64,000 nucleotides of DNA from Candidatus Eiseniibacteriota bacterium (GCA_963744995.1 CAVUWA010000009.1:1-64000), one strand, 5' to 3'; counted from the stretch's first letter, positions 9,206 through 18,724 are shown. Notes: a model not told the origin generated them from the sequence alone. Translations and numbers: made by a program.

Positions 9206-12175
9206 CTATCGGATGAACACGACGAGCGCGCCCGTCGAGGGGCCCGTCTTGATGCCGGCCGCCACGTCCTGCAGGTACGGCGGTGCAGGCAGGGACGGCT
9301 GGACACCGTAGTTGAAGTTGGCGGAGGTCAGTGCGGGGACCATGTACGTGATCGTGCCGTTCGACGGGTCCGTGCCGAACGGCGGGATCACGCCGAGGTC
9401 GGTGAAGTAGATGCGCAGGCCGCCCGCGTAGCCGGGGTCGGTGGAGCGGAAGCCGACGACGAGGTCGTCACGCGACAGCCCGCCCAGGTCCACCGCGCAC
9501 ATCGACATCACGATGCCGGAGGCGATCTGCCGCGCGAGCGCGAAGCCCAGGCTGCCGACATTCTGCCACTGCTCGAGGCGGCCGGTCGACGCGCTGGACT
9601 CGCTGCCGGTGATGATGTCCAGAAGGCCGTCGCCGTTCATGTCGATGAGCGTCAGGGCCGTGATCGACTCGTCGATGACGTCCTCATGGAGCCGTTCGCG
9701 GAAGCGCGCACCCGTGGTGCGGCCGGTGTTTTCGAACACGATCAGCTGACCCGAGTAGTCACCGGTCTTCGTGCCGACCACCAGGTCCTGGTCGCCATCG
9801 TTGTCGAGGTCGCCGAGCACCATGCTGGTGACCTCGCCGAGGTTGCTGCTGGAGATGCTGCCCTGCGGCGGGTAGATCTCGTCACGGACGAATGCCGGGT
9901 CGGCGGATTCGTCGTTGATCCACACTTCGAGATGACCCTGTCCGGCCGTCGGCGACTTGGTGCCGACGATGATGTCCGGCGAGGTGCCGCCGCCGACGTC
10001 CGCGGTCACCACCGCCTGCACGTCGCCGAGATCGGCGGTCGTGTAGGACCGGTCCTGCGTCGCCGAGAAGTAGCCGAGGTTGCCGCCCGAATTTTGCGCG
10101 AACCACACGAAGAAGTTGCCGGTCGCGGTATAGCGGGTGCCGGTGACGGCGTCGTAGCGGCTGGTCGGCACGTTCTTGTCGAGCCTTTCGAGGCGCAGGG
10201 CCAGCACCGAGCTGGGGGCGTTGCGGGTATAGGTCGGATTCGGGTCGAACAACGGCGAGCCGTTGTAGTTGTTGAACCAGACCGAGATGTTGTCCGTCCC
10301 GCCGGCGTCCGCACCGAGCACGATGTCCTTGTCCTCATGACCCTTCGTATTCCACTGATCGTCGTTGCCGCTCCAGTCCTTTTCGACGAGGTCGGCGTTG
10401 CCGAGGCTCAGCACCCGGCTGGCGTTGAGCGTGATGACCTGGAACGAGGCGACGCCGAAGTTCTTGCCGGTGACGTTCTGGCTCGCCTGCACGTAGATCG
10501 GAGTGAGCGACGTCGCACCCGTCGGGTAGAAGCCGTTGGGGACGATGATCGACACCGAATACGGCTGGGTCGCGGGCGGATCGTTCATCGGCACGGTGAG
10601 CGTGTAGTCGCCGTTGGCATCCGTGTACTGGGAGGCCGCCACGGTGACGCCGCCGTTCACGGTGGCGCCGACCCATACGTTCTGCACGCCGCTCTCGCCG
10701 GAATCCCAGATGCCGTTGCGGTTGGCGTCGATGAACACCTTGCCGGCAATCGTGCCGGTCGGCGTGTCGGTGAGCCCGAACGCGACCGAATCGGCGCCGC
10801 CGTCGACCATGGTTCCGGAATATGGATTCGTGGTGGTGAACACGTAGCCGATCGGCGGCGTGCCCGTCACCGTGAAGGCGCCCACCGGGGCGAACAGCCC
10901 CGTGGCACCGGCGGGATTCGTGACTTCGGTCTCGCCGGTCCCCGACATCGCCACCGTAACCGCCGGCATCGGCGGCTCGCCGCTGTCGAACACGCCGTTC
11001 TGGTTCTGGTCTTCATAGGCGAAGACGCCGACGCGGCCACCGGCCATCTTGGTATCGAGGAAGAATCGCGTCTGCGCCGGTCCGATCGTGACCACGAAGC
11101 TGTCGGGCGTCGTCGCGTTCTGGTAGCCGGGAGGCGGCACGTGTCGAAGCGTGTAGGTGCCGGCCGGCGCGTGCAGCTGGAAGTAACCGTTGGCGTCGGT
11201 GTGGGTGGTGAACGCCTTGAGGATCACCTGTGCGTTCTGGACGGGCTGGTCCGTGGGCGGGCCGTCCCAGGCGTCGTTGCCGTTGTCCACGAACACGCGG
11301 CCGTCCACCGCGTATTCGTCGGAGCCGAAGTTGGGTGAGTTGCGGGTCACGTCGACCTCGGTGCGGTACTCGGTCGAAGCGTACTGGCCGCGCCAGTTGG
11401 GCTTGGGGCTCGTGCCCACCGCGCGGATCACGATGCGCTCGATGTCCTTGAGGCGCCCGACCGGGATCGGACCGTTGGCCCAGGGCCACGGATTCGGATC
11501 GCCGAACAGGTACACGGTGAACAGCGCGGGCACGTCGCCCGTGGACGGGCGCTTGAGCAGCGACATGTGCTCGGCGGCCCCGCCATTGACGCCGGGAAGA
11601 CCACCGGTCGAGTCGCCGTAGACCTCGCGCACCAGCTCGAAGTCGTTGGGATTCTGGGTGCGGCGCGCGTCGGCGCCGTCCGGGTCGGCGATGTCGCCCG
11701 CATCGACGACGCCGTCGTTGTTGGTGTCGAGCGTCCAGCGGATCAACTCGGCGCCGGTGCCGTAGGTGACGGGCGGTGCGTAGGCCGTCCCGTTGAGGGG
11801 GAAGGGCTTGGGATTGCCGGCCGGGTTGTACGCGTCGGGTCCGCCGCCCACGGGCACGTCGTCGAGGTTGGCCGAGAGCAGCACCTGCATCGAGTCGATG
11901 TAGGCGATCGGCGGCTGCGGCGATGGATTGTCGCGATCGGCCTCGTAGCCCGCATTGCGCAGATCCCTCGCGATCATGTCGACGGCCACGCGGGTGAGCT
12001 GCGAGGACTCGAGGTTGTTGGCGGTCTGCGCCTTGCTCCGCGCGGCGGAGTAGATGATGGTGCTCAGCACGACCATGACCACGCCGAGGATCGCGAGCGT
12101 GATCATCAGCTCGACCAGCGTGAAGCCGCGGCTGGGCCGCGCGCGGGGGAGTGAACGGGCTTTGAGCGAGCGCAT
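9206..12175 (-). CDS. Giant PilW-like prepilin fused to SdrD-B-like Ig repeats and FG-GAP/VCBS beta-propeller repeats
   Basis: RG|FTLVELMITL prepilin site, IARDLRNAGY, three GxVFxDxNxNG..DSGE-type repeats, and GDLDNDGDQDLVVG / IDMNGDGLLDIITG FG-GAP repeats. 989 aa. Confidence 0.8.
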   Translation of the reverse strand: MRSLKARSLPRARPSRGFTLVELMITLAILGVVMVVLSTIIYSAARSKAQTANNLESSQLTRVAVDMIARDLRNAGYEADRDNPSPQPPIAYIDSMQVLLSANLDDVPVGGGPDAYNPAGNPKPFPLNGTAYAPPVTYGTGAELIRWTLDTNNDGVVDAGDIADPDGADARRTQNPNDFELVREVYGDSTGGLPGVNGGAAEHMSLLKRPSTGDVPALFTVYLFGDPNPWPWANGPIPVGRLKDIERIVIRAVGTSPKPNWRGQYASTEYRTEVDVTRNSPNFGSDEYAVDGRVFVDNGNDAWDGPPTDQPVQNAQVILKAFTTHTDANGYFQLHAPAGTYTLRHVPPPGYQNATTPDSFVVTIGPAQTRFFLDTKMAGGRVGVFAYEDQNQNGVFDSGEPPMPAVTVAMSGTGETEVTNPAGATGLFAPVGAFTVTGTPPIGYVFTTTNPYSGTMVDGGADSVAFGLTDTPTGTIAGKVFIDANRNGIWDSGESGVQNVWVGATVNGGVTVAASQYTDANGDYTLTVPMNDPPATQPYSVSIIVPNGFYPTGATSLTPIYVQASQNVTGKNFGVASFQVITLNASRVLSLGNADLVEKDWSGNDDQWNTKGHEDKDIVLGADAGGTDNISVWFNNYNGSPLFDPNPTYTRNAPSSVLALRLERLDKNVPTSRYDAVTGTRYTATGNFFVWFAQNSGGNLGYFSATQDRSYTTADLGDVQAVVTADVGGGTSPDIIVGTKSPTAGQGHLEVWINDESADPAFVRDEIYPPQGSISSSNLGEVTSMVLGDLDNDGDQDLVVGTKTGDYSGQLIVFENTGRTTGARFRERLHEDVIDESITALTLIDMNGDGLLDIITGSESSASTGRLEQWQNVGSLGFALARQIASGIVMSMCAVDLGGLSRDDLVVGFRSTDPGYAGGLRIYFTDLGVIPPFGTDPSNGTITYMVPALTSANFNYGVQPSLPAPPYLQDVAAGIKTGPSTGALVVFIR

Positions 12176-12177
12176 GG

Positions 12178-12582
12178 TTACCGCCTGAGGTAGGTGGTGG
12201 CCGTGACGGTCCGCTGGCGCAGGAACGTGTACGACACGGTGACGTCGACGCGCTTCACCTGGTCCAGCGGCGCGGCCATCGGCGTCACGACGTAGGTGAG
12301 CGAGTACTGGTTGTGGTTGCCCATGGGGGTGGGGCCATGCGCGCCGGGGCTCAGCTGCGCGGCCGACCAGTCGCCCGCGCGCAGGCTCTCGAGCCGCTCC
12401 TGGGCGAGCATGTTGGCCGTGGTGAACATGCGGTCCTTCTGCTGGCCGCGGGTGCCGGCCGGGAACAGCTGCCCGATCGCCAGGATTCCGACCGCGAGCA
12501 CGACCAGCGCGACCATGACCTCGATGATCGTGCTGCCGCGCTCGGCGCGCCGGTTCACGTGATGGCGATGAGGGTGTCGCAT
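12178..12582 (-). CDS. PilV/GspI-like minor pilin
   Basis: ERG|STIIEVMVALVVLAVG, LAQERLESL, KRVDVTVSY. 134 aa. Confidence 0.8.
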   Translation of the reverse strand: MRHPHRHHVNRRAERGSTIIEVMVALVVLAVGILAIGQLFPAGTRGQQKDRMFTTANMLAQERLESLRAGDWSAAQLSPGAHGPTPMGNHNQYSLTYVVTPMAAPLDQVKRVDVTVSYTFLRQRTVTATTYLRR

Positions 12583-12592
12583 CGGTGGTCTC

Positions 12593-13057
12593 CTACTGGC
12601 CCAGAATCAGGCCGGAGGCGAGCACGCTGACGGTGTCGCGTTGCCCGCGCCGGTTCTGGATGATGATGTCCCCCGCCCCGGTGGACACGCGGCCGTCCTT
12701 TTCGAATTGAGGGCCCAGCGGATTGAGCGTGTTGGTGGTGATGCCGTCCGGGAGCTTGCCGCCGCGGATGAGGCCGATCTGCGCGTGCGTGGTGGCGTCG
12801 TACTCATGGATGTGCCAGTCGCAGCCGGTGACCGAGTTGTTGTAGTGGACCGCGGTCTCCGTCCCCCGGGCGATCGCGCGCTCGCGCCAGACGCGCAGCG
12901 TGCCGGCCATGGTCTCGGTGGTGGACTTGAGCTGGTACGATTGATTGATGTTCTGGAAAGCGGGAACGCTGAACGCCAGCAGCAGGCCGAGCACCGTCAG
13001 CGTGACGGCGAGCTCGACGAGCGTGAATCCTCTGGATCTGGGCGTGGTTCCAGGCAT
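12593..13057 (-). CDS. FimT/GspH-like minor pilin
   Basis: RG|FTLVELAVTLTVLGLLLAFSVPAF, RERAIARG, FEKDGR, TVSVLASGLI. Start trimmed to ATG 13057. Confidence 0.8.
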   Translation of the reverse strand: MPGTTPRSRGFTLVELAVTLTVLGLLLAFSVPAFQNINQSYQLKSTTETMAGTLRVWRERAIARGTETAVHYNNSVTGCDWHIHEYDATTHAQIGLIRGGKLPDGITTNTLNPLGPQFEKDGRVSTGAGDIIIQNRRGQRDTVSVLASGLILGQ

Positions 13058-13074
13058 ATGGGCTCCATGGATGA

Positions 13075-13090
13075 AGCAGCGCGTGTGCCA
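13075..13090 (-). promoter_or_regulatory. Putative sigma-54 (-24/-12) promoter of the minor pilin operon
   Basis: TGGCACACGCGCTGCT: GG-N10-GC with a TGGCAC core, ending 17 nt upstream of the ATG. Confidence 0.55.
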
Positions 13091-13352
13091 TACCGGCTCC
13101 GCCGGGGCATAGCGCGCTATCGCTTGTTCCATCGGAAGTTCGGGGGGGGGACTTGAGGGGGAAAGCGGCCCGGACCTGCGGCCTGGTCGGGCGCGGCGTG
13201 CAGCCTGCATCGCCGCAGGGTGCGATTCGCGGGGCGCGGGGGGACCGGGCCTGGATCCTGGCCGGCCCATGGGTGGGAATTCCAGGCCCCGGGCGCAGGC
13301 CTGCAGCGTCAGGCGATGGGAGGGTCGTGCCGGCGCCCCGGCCGCCCGGCGG

Positions 13353-16172
13353 TCAGCGCAGGATCACGATGCGGGCCGCCGGGCCGCCGTCCTTCACGCG
13401 GGCGAAATAGACCCCCGCTCGCCATGCCCGGGTCTCCGCCCCGTCGATGCGCGCGAGACCGGCGATGCCGCCGGCGCCGAAGGTCGCAGCCCCGACCCGG
13501 CGGCCGGCCACGTCATAGACCTCGACGCGTGCCGCCCGCGGGGCGTCAGGCATGCGGAAAGAGACCGGAGCGCCGGCGAGGAGCGGACTGGGCCAGGCGA
13601 GCAGCGCACCGCGCCGGAGCCCGGCGGGCGCCTCGACCGCGACCGGCGCCTCCGGGGCGAGGTGGCGGCGGCGGACGTCGAAGCGCGGCGCTCCCTGCGG
13701 GTGCCCGGTGAAGAACGCGGCGACATCGCCCGGGCCGGAGGCGATCAGCCCGGGGGAGGTGGCGTCGCCCTGGTCGAGCGCGGAGATGTCGGTGGCCGCG
13801 ACGTCCCAGCCCCGGCTCTCACGCCAGCGCAGGTAACGCAGCTGCAGCACGCCGTCCACGTTGCGCTCGAACACAAGATGCAGCGTGCCGTCGGGGGATT
13901 GAGCCAGCACGGGATTCTCGAGCGAGTTGCCGTGGGTGACGATCGTCAGATCGGTGGGGCTCGGCAGGCCCTGGGCCTGGCGGTGCTGGTAGCGGATCCG
14001 GTACATCCCGGTGCTGCTCTCGATCCACACGCTGTGGAGCGTGCCGTCGGCGTCCACCACCGCCTGCGGCGCCGACTGGGCGCCGAAGCCGTACGGGGTG
14101 AGCGGCCGCGGGGATCCCATCCCCGAATCGGGATGGAAGCTCGCGAAGTGGATCTGGCTCGGCGTCTGTGCGCGCTCGGTCCAGATCACGTACGAACCGC
14201 CGTCCGGGCGGGGGGCGATCAGCGGTGGTCCCGGCGAACTCGTGTCGGCGACGGCCAGATTGGTGCCGAACGGTGACGTGTAGAGGAAGCGTCTGAACAT
14301 CAGCTTCGAGGTGGCGCCGACCTGCAGCCACGACAGGTGGATCGTGCCGTCGGCGGCCCGCGCGATCGCCGGGTTGCGCGCATCGCCCGGGAGCTGGGTG
14401 ATCGGCTCCTCGTCCGTCCAGGCGCCGCCGATCCGGGCACGGTAGTAGAGGCGCGCCGCGCCGTCGCGGGTATCGCTCCAGACCACGGCCAGATCGCCCC
14501 CCGGCAGGGTCGTGATCGCCGGATCCAGCGCGACGCCCGTCGTGTGGCTGATCTGCAGCGGCGACGCCCACAGGTCCTCCTGTCCGGAGCGCAGGATCAC
14601 CTGCGAGCGACCGGCGCGGAGCTCGCTGCGCACGCAATGGAAGAAGCCGCGATCGTCGGCGGCATAGGCCGGCGAGGCGCCGAACTCGACCGGGTCGAAA
14701 TCCGCCGTGGTGTGGTCCTCGATCGGCATCCAGCCCGGCGCGCGCACCTGAAGTCGCATGGAGAGATCGTAGCCGACGTTCGCGATGTCGTAGATCGCAA
14801 GATTGGTCGCGCCCCCGCGGAATGTCTGCGTGTTCGGTGCAGTGTCCTCGTCGATGGTGTGTTTCCCCAGCCCGCCGGGGAACGGGTCGAGCCCGTCGCC
14901 GCGGTTGCTGCCCACGACCAGGTCGCTGTCACCGTCCGCCTCGACCAGCATGAGGCCCGGCGTGAGGCCCGAGTTGATGCTGTTGGAACCGAGCCGTGCT
15001 CCGATGATCGACTCGTCGAGGTGGTAGAGGATCATCCCGCGTGCCGGAATGTGCTCGTCGAACCCGAACGGCTGGCGGTTCTCGATGAGGAAGTGCTCGG
15101 GGTTCGATTCCCCCTGGAACCAGAACTCGACGATATCGCCGCCCTGTTCGAGCGGCGGCAGGGTCATCAGCGTGTCCTGGACGGGCCGCACCGGCTGGCG
15201 CCAGCCGAGGTAGACCATCGGCCACGCGCTCATGTGCGCCGGCGTCTCCGGGGAAACGCCGTTGGTGCCGAACGCACCGGTGGACATCAGCGACCAGTTG
15301 CCGGGACCCGTGTTCGCGGCACCGCCGAGCTGCGAGGTGTCGTACAGGTCGGGCAGACCGAGGGCGTGACCGAACTCGTGGCAATAGACGCCGATCTCGG
15401 AGATCTGACCGGGTCTCAGGCCCGACATCTCGGGCATCGTCGAGAAGCGGTCGATGCGGATGTACTGCGTCTGCGATCCGGGGACCAGGTCGTCCGTTTC
15501 GAACCAGGTGCCCAGCCGCCATCCCGTCGAGAGCCGCGAAGTGATGGACCAGATGTTGTTGCGATCGTCCGGGACCGACTCGCCGCCGGCACCGGCGTGG
15601 ACGACCCACAGCATGTCCACGTAGGTGTCGTTGTCCATGTCGTAGCGCGACCAGTCGACGTGAATGCCCAGATTGCGGGCCTCGATCAGTGCGTCGCGCA
15701 CCATGCCGTAGATGTTGTTGGGGGTGCTGACGGTGTTCACGCCATAGGCGTTGTACGCGTAGTAGTCGCGCGGGTGAGGCAGCTGCACGGCGAATACGAC
15801 CTCGCCGCTCAGATGGAGCCGGCCCTCCGACACCCAGTCGTAGTATTCGGCGGCCGATCCCGTCGGATTCGCTCCGGTGCGGTCGAACAGGGTCTGTTCG
15901 AGCGCCGAAGGCGGGTAGGTGAGCGGCATGTCCTGGAAGCCGATCATGATGATCGGGACGCGCCATTCGAGCTGGGCCGAACTGGTCGAGAGCGGGTCGG
16001 GTCGCGGCGGAACCTGAAACAACCCGGCGGCGAAACCGTCACGGATCTCGGCGGGAATGGTGCCCAGGGCGGTCGGCATGGTGGCCGCCGCGGGGACGGC
16101 GCTCGCCAGCAGGCACACCCAGACCGCGGCGCCGATGCGGGGGAGCGACTGAATGGTGCGGCGTGCGAACAC
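13353..16172 (-). CDS. Secreted M6-family (immune inhibitor A-like) metalloprotease with beta-propeller region and C-terminal T9SS/FlgD-type sorting domain
   Basis: Signal peptide, HEFGHALGLPDLYD zinc motif, WSLMSTG, EHFLIENRQ, C-terminal VEVYDVAGRRV..GVYFARV. Confidence 0.85.
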   Translation of the reverse strand: MFARRTIQSLPRIGAAVWVCLLASAVPAAATMPTALGTIPAEIRDGFAAGLFQVPPRPDPLSTSSAQLEWRVPIIMIGFQDMPLTYPPSALEQTLFDRTGANPTGSAAEYYDWVSEGRLHLSGEVVFAVQLPHPRDYYAYNAYGVNTVSTPNNIYGMVRDALIEARNLGIHVDWSRYDMDNDTYVDMLWVVHAGAGGESVPDDRNNIWSITSRLSTGWRLGTWFETDDLVPGSQTQYIRIDRFSTMPEMSGLRPGQISEIGVYCHEFGHALGLPDLYDTSQLGGAANTGPGNWSLMSTGAFGTNGVSPETPAHMSAWPMVYLGWRQPVRPVQDTLMTLPPLEQGGDIVEFWFQGESNPEHFLIENRQPFGFDEHIPARGMILYHLDESIIGARLGSNSINSGLTPGLMLVEADGDSDLVVGSNRGDGLDPFPGGLGKHTIDEDTAPNTQTFRGGATNLAIYDIANVGYDLSMRLQVRAPGWMPIEDHTTADFDPVEFGASPAYAADDRGFFHCVRSELRAGRSQVILRSGQEDLWASPLQISHTTGVALDPAITTLPGGDLAVVWSDTRDGAARLYYRARIGGAWTDEEPITQLPGDARNPAIARAADGTIHLSWLQVGATSKLMFRRFLYTSPFGTNLAVADTSSPGPPLIAPRPDGGSYVIWTERAQTPSQIHFASFHPDSGMGSPRPLTPYGFGAQSAPQAVVDADGTLHSVWIESSTGMYRIRYQHRQAQGLPSPTDLTIVTHGNSLENPVLAQSPDGTLHLVFERNVDGVLQLRYLRWRESRGWDVAATDISALDQGDATSPGLIASGPGDVAAFFTGHPQGAPRFDVRRRHLAPEAPVAVEAPAGLRRGALLAWPSPLLAGAPVSFRMPDAPRAARVEVYDVAGRRVGAATFGAGGIAGLARIDGAETRAWRAGVYFARVKDGGPAARIVILR

Positions 16173-16341
16173 GATTCTCCACGGGGTTCCCGGTGGTGAA
16201 CCCGATCAGACACTCACAGTGTATCGCCAAAACGGCCGCCGTGCGTCAAGGAGTTTGGGTGCAGTGGGCTGTGCTGGCGAGGCCGTCCGCGGCTGTGCTA
16301 GCGTCCCGGCCAACGTGGAACACCGATCGTCGAGTCCTCTC

Positions 16342-17589
16342 ATGGCCCTTCAGGGCCTCCTGCTGCCCGCCCTCCTCGCTCTGCTCGTGCTCGTTCCCGA
16401 TGCCGGGGCCACGAATCTCCCGCCGCTTCGTCCCGAATCGCCGCCCTACTTCAACGCCGACGTGGCGGTCACGCTCGACAGCACCGCGCAGACCGCGCTG
16501 GCGGTGACCTTCACGGTGCCGTATTCGGAGATGCAGTGGATCAGGGTCGCCGCCGGCTATGCGGCGGGCGTCGAATTCGTCGTCTCGTTCGAGCCGCGTG
16601 ACGGCGGGCGCATGTACGGCGACGTCTGGGAGCACCGGCTCGTCGTCGCCGACTTCCAGGTGACCAATTCGACGACACGCGTCGTCACCGAACGGCGGCG
16701 CTTCAAGGTACCGCCCGGCCGCTACAAGGTGCGCGTGAGCCTGCGCGACCTGAACGCGGACACCGAATCGCAGGCGAATCAGCAGATCACCGTCCGCGAC
16801 TTTTCGCACGACCCGGTCGGCTTCGCCGACCTCGAAATCGGCGTCGCCGACTCGACCTCCGGATTCCAGCCGGTGCCGACGCGGCGTTTCGGCCTCGACG
16901 TCGCACGGCTGGCGGCGCGTGTCGTGCTGTTCGACCGCCGCCCGGGCGCCTGGCCGCGAACCTATCCGTTCCACTACCGCATCAACGACGAGACCGGCTC
17001 GGAAGTGATCTCCGGAACGACCCAGGTCACGCTCTCTCGCTCCGCCCAGCCGGTGATCGTGAAACCGGAGCGCAGTGACCTGTTCCTCGGCTCCTACACC
17101 TTCCAGCTCGAGTTCGTCGAGGGACGCTCGCGCTGGCTGGTCGAGCGCTCGTTCGAAGTCGAAGAGAGCGGGCCGCCGCGCGGCAAGGAGTTCACGCGCA
17201 TGCTGGAGCCGCTCTCCTACATCGCCGATGCGCGCGAGATCGAGGCGCTGCGCGCGTTGCCGGAGGATCAGCAGGCCGCCGGCTGGGCGCGCTTCTGGAA
17301 GAAGCGCGACCCGACGCCGGAGACCGCCCGCAACGAAGTCCAGATCGAGTTCTTCCGCCGCGTGCGCTACGCCGAGAAGAACTTCCAGGGTTTCGGTCCG
17401 GGCTGGCGTTCGGACATGGGACGGATCTACATCCGGCACGGCCCACCGGACCAGATCGAGAATCGCCCGCCGACCAGCAGCTCGCCGCAACTCGAGATCT
17501 GGTACTACAACAACCCCTACCGCCGCTACGTCTTCGCGGACCGCGACGGGTTCGGCCGCTACGTGCTGCTGGGCCCGACCACCGAGTGA
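16342..17589 (+). CDS. GWxTD-domain protein with signal peptide
   Basis: FWKKRDPTPETARNE..FFRRVRYA..GWRSDMGRIYIRHGPPD..EIWYY. Hydrophobic N-terminus from ATG 16342. Confidence 0.85.
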   Translation: MALQGLLLPALLALLVLVPDAGATNLPPLRPESPPYFNADVAVTLDSTAQTALAVTFTVPYSEMQWIRVAAGYAAGVEFVVSFEPRDGGRMYGDVWEHRLVVADFQVTNSTTRVVTERRRFKVPPGRYKVRVSLRDLNADTESQANQQITVRDFSHDPVGFADLEIGVADSTSGFQPVPTRRFGLDVARLAARVVLFDRRPGAWPRTYPFHYRINDETGSEVISGTTQVTLSRSAQPVIVKPERSDLFLGSYTFQLEFVEGRSRWLVERSFEVEESGPPRGKEFTRMLEPLSYIADAREIEALRALPEDQQAAGWARFWKKRDPTPETARNEVQIEFFRRVRYAEKNFQGFGPGWRSDMGRIYIRHGPPDQIENRPPTSSSPQLEIWYYNNPYRRYVFADRDGFGRYVLLGPTTE

Positions 17590-18446
17590 GCCCGCGGCCG
17601 GCGGCCGGCGTCGTGGCGGTCGCGGCGCTCGACTTGCGGCGGCGCGCCGACCATCGCAGCGAGCTGACGAGCCAGCTGCTGCTCGGCGAAACCGTGCGCA
17701 TCCTCGGCGGCCGCGCCGGCGCCTGGTGGCGGGTCGAGAACGGTGCCGACGGTTACCGCGGCTGGGTTCGGGCCTGGGGCCTCGTCACCGGCTCCGTGCG
17801 TCGGGTGCGCGGCTGGAGCGCACTCGCGCGCGGCCGCATCGCGGTGCCGATCGTCGTCGCCACGGCGCGCGCGGGGGGCGACACCGCGGTCGGCCCGCTC
17901 TACTGGAATGCACGCGTGATTCCGGGGCGCCGGGCGGGACGTCGGCGCCGCGTCGAGCTGCCGTCGGGCGCGCGCGGCTGGATTCCCGCCACGGCGCTCG
18001 CGGTCGGTCGGGCCCGCCCGCCGCGGCTCGTCGATCGCGTCCGCGGCCTGCTCGGGGCGCCCTATCTGTGGGGCGGTCGCACGGCGCTCGGCATCGATTG
18101 TTCGGCGCTCACCCAGCAGCTGCTCGCCGAGCAGGGGATCGCCATGCCGCGCGACGCAGCGCATCAGTACCGCACGTGCCGGCGGCTGCCACGGGGCGAG
18201 CCGGCCCGTGCGGGCGATCTGGTGTTCTTCCGCGACTGCGCGCGCCGCATCGCACACGTCGGACTCGTACTCGGTGGCGGGTACTACGTCCAGTCCCGCG
18301 GCACGGTACGAATCAGCTCGCTCGATCCCGAGAACCCGCTGTACGACAGTGAGTTGGACGGCACGTTCGCCGGGGCCGCAAGGCCCCCCGAAGAGCGGCA
18401 AATTTTTGGCCGGCGCCCGCGGGGGCGTCCGCCAGAATCGGCTTGA
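17586..18446 (+). CDS. SH3 + NlpC/P60 (C40) peptidoglycan endopeptidase, YkfC-like
   Basis: SQLLLGE..DGYRGWV SH3b region, LGAPYLWGGR..GIDCSAL, MPRDA, GDLVFF..HVGL. Confidence 0.85.
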   Translation: MSPRPAAGVVAVAALDLRRRADHRSELTSQLLLGETVRILGGRAGAWWRVENGADGYRGWVRAWGLVTGSVRRVRGWSALARGRIAVPIVVATARAGGDTAVGPLYWNARVIPGRRAGRRRRVELPSGARGWIPATALAVGRARPPRLVDRVRGLLGAPYLWGGRTALGIDCSALTQQLLAEQGIAMPRDAAHQYRTCRRLPRGEPARAGDLVFFRDCARRIAHVGLVLGGGYYVQSRGTVRISSLDPENPLYDSELDGTFAGAARPPEERQIFGRRPRGRPPESA

Positions 18447-18471
18447 CAGCTTCCGAAGTGGTTCCTACCTT
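18443..18471 (+). promoter_or_regulatory. Putative sigma-70 promoter TTGACA-17-TACCTT
   Basis: Consensus -35 at 18443-18448 and -10-like TACCTT at 18466-18471, about 250 nt upstream of the outer-membrane protein gene. Confidence 0.45.
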
Positions 18472-18724
18472 ACGCGGGACGTTCGCCAGGATCCTTCTGA
18501 CTTCGGAAGGTGTGATCCTGGCTTTTTCCTTGTGCTCCATCTCACGGATGCGATGGGGCTTTCCGTGTGTCTGCACCACTCTTCAGAGAAAACAAAGAAA
18601 TCGGCTGTGAAAGGAGGTGGGGACCGGGACACAACCGCGTTGTAGCCGCAGGCCACGGAGGTTGGCTTGAATCTGCACGTGGCTTCATCACGATCTGACC
18701 ATCTCGCAAGGAGGCAGTAGACAT

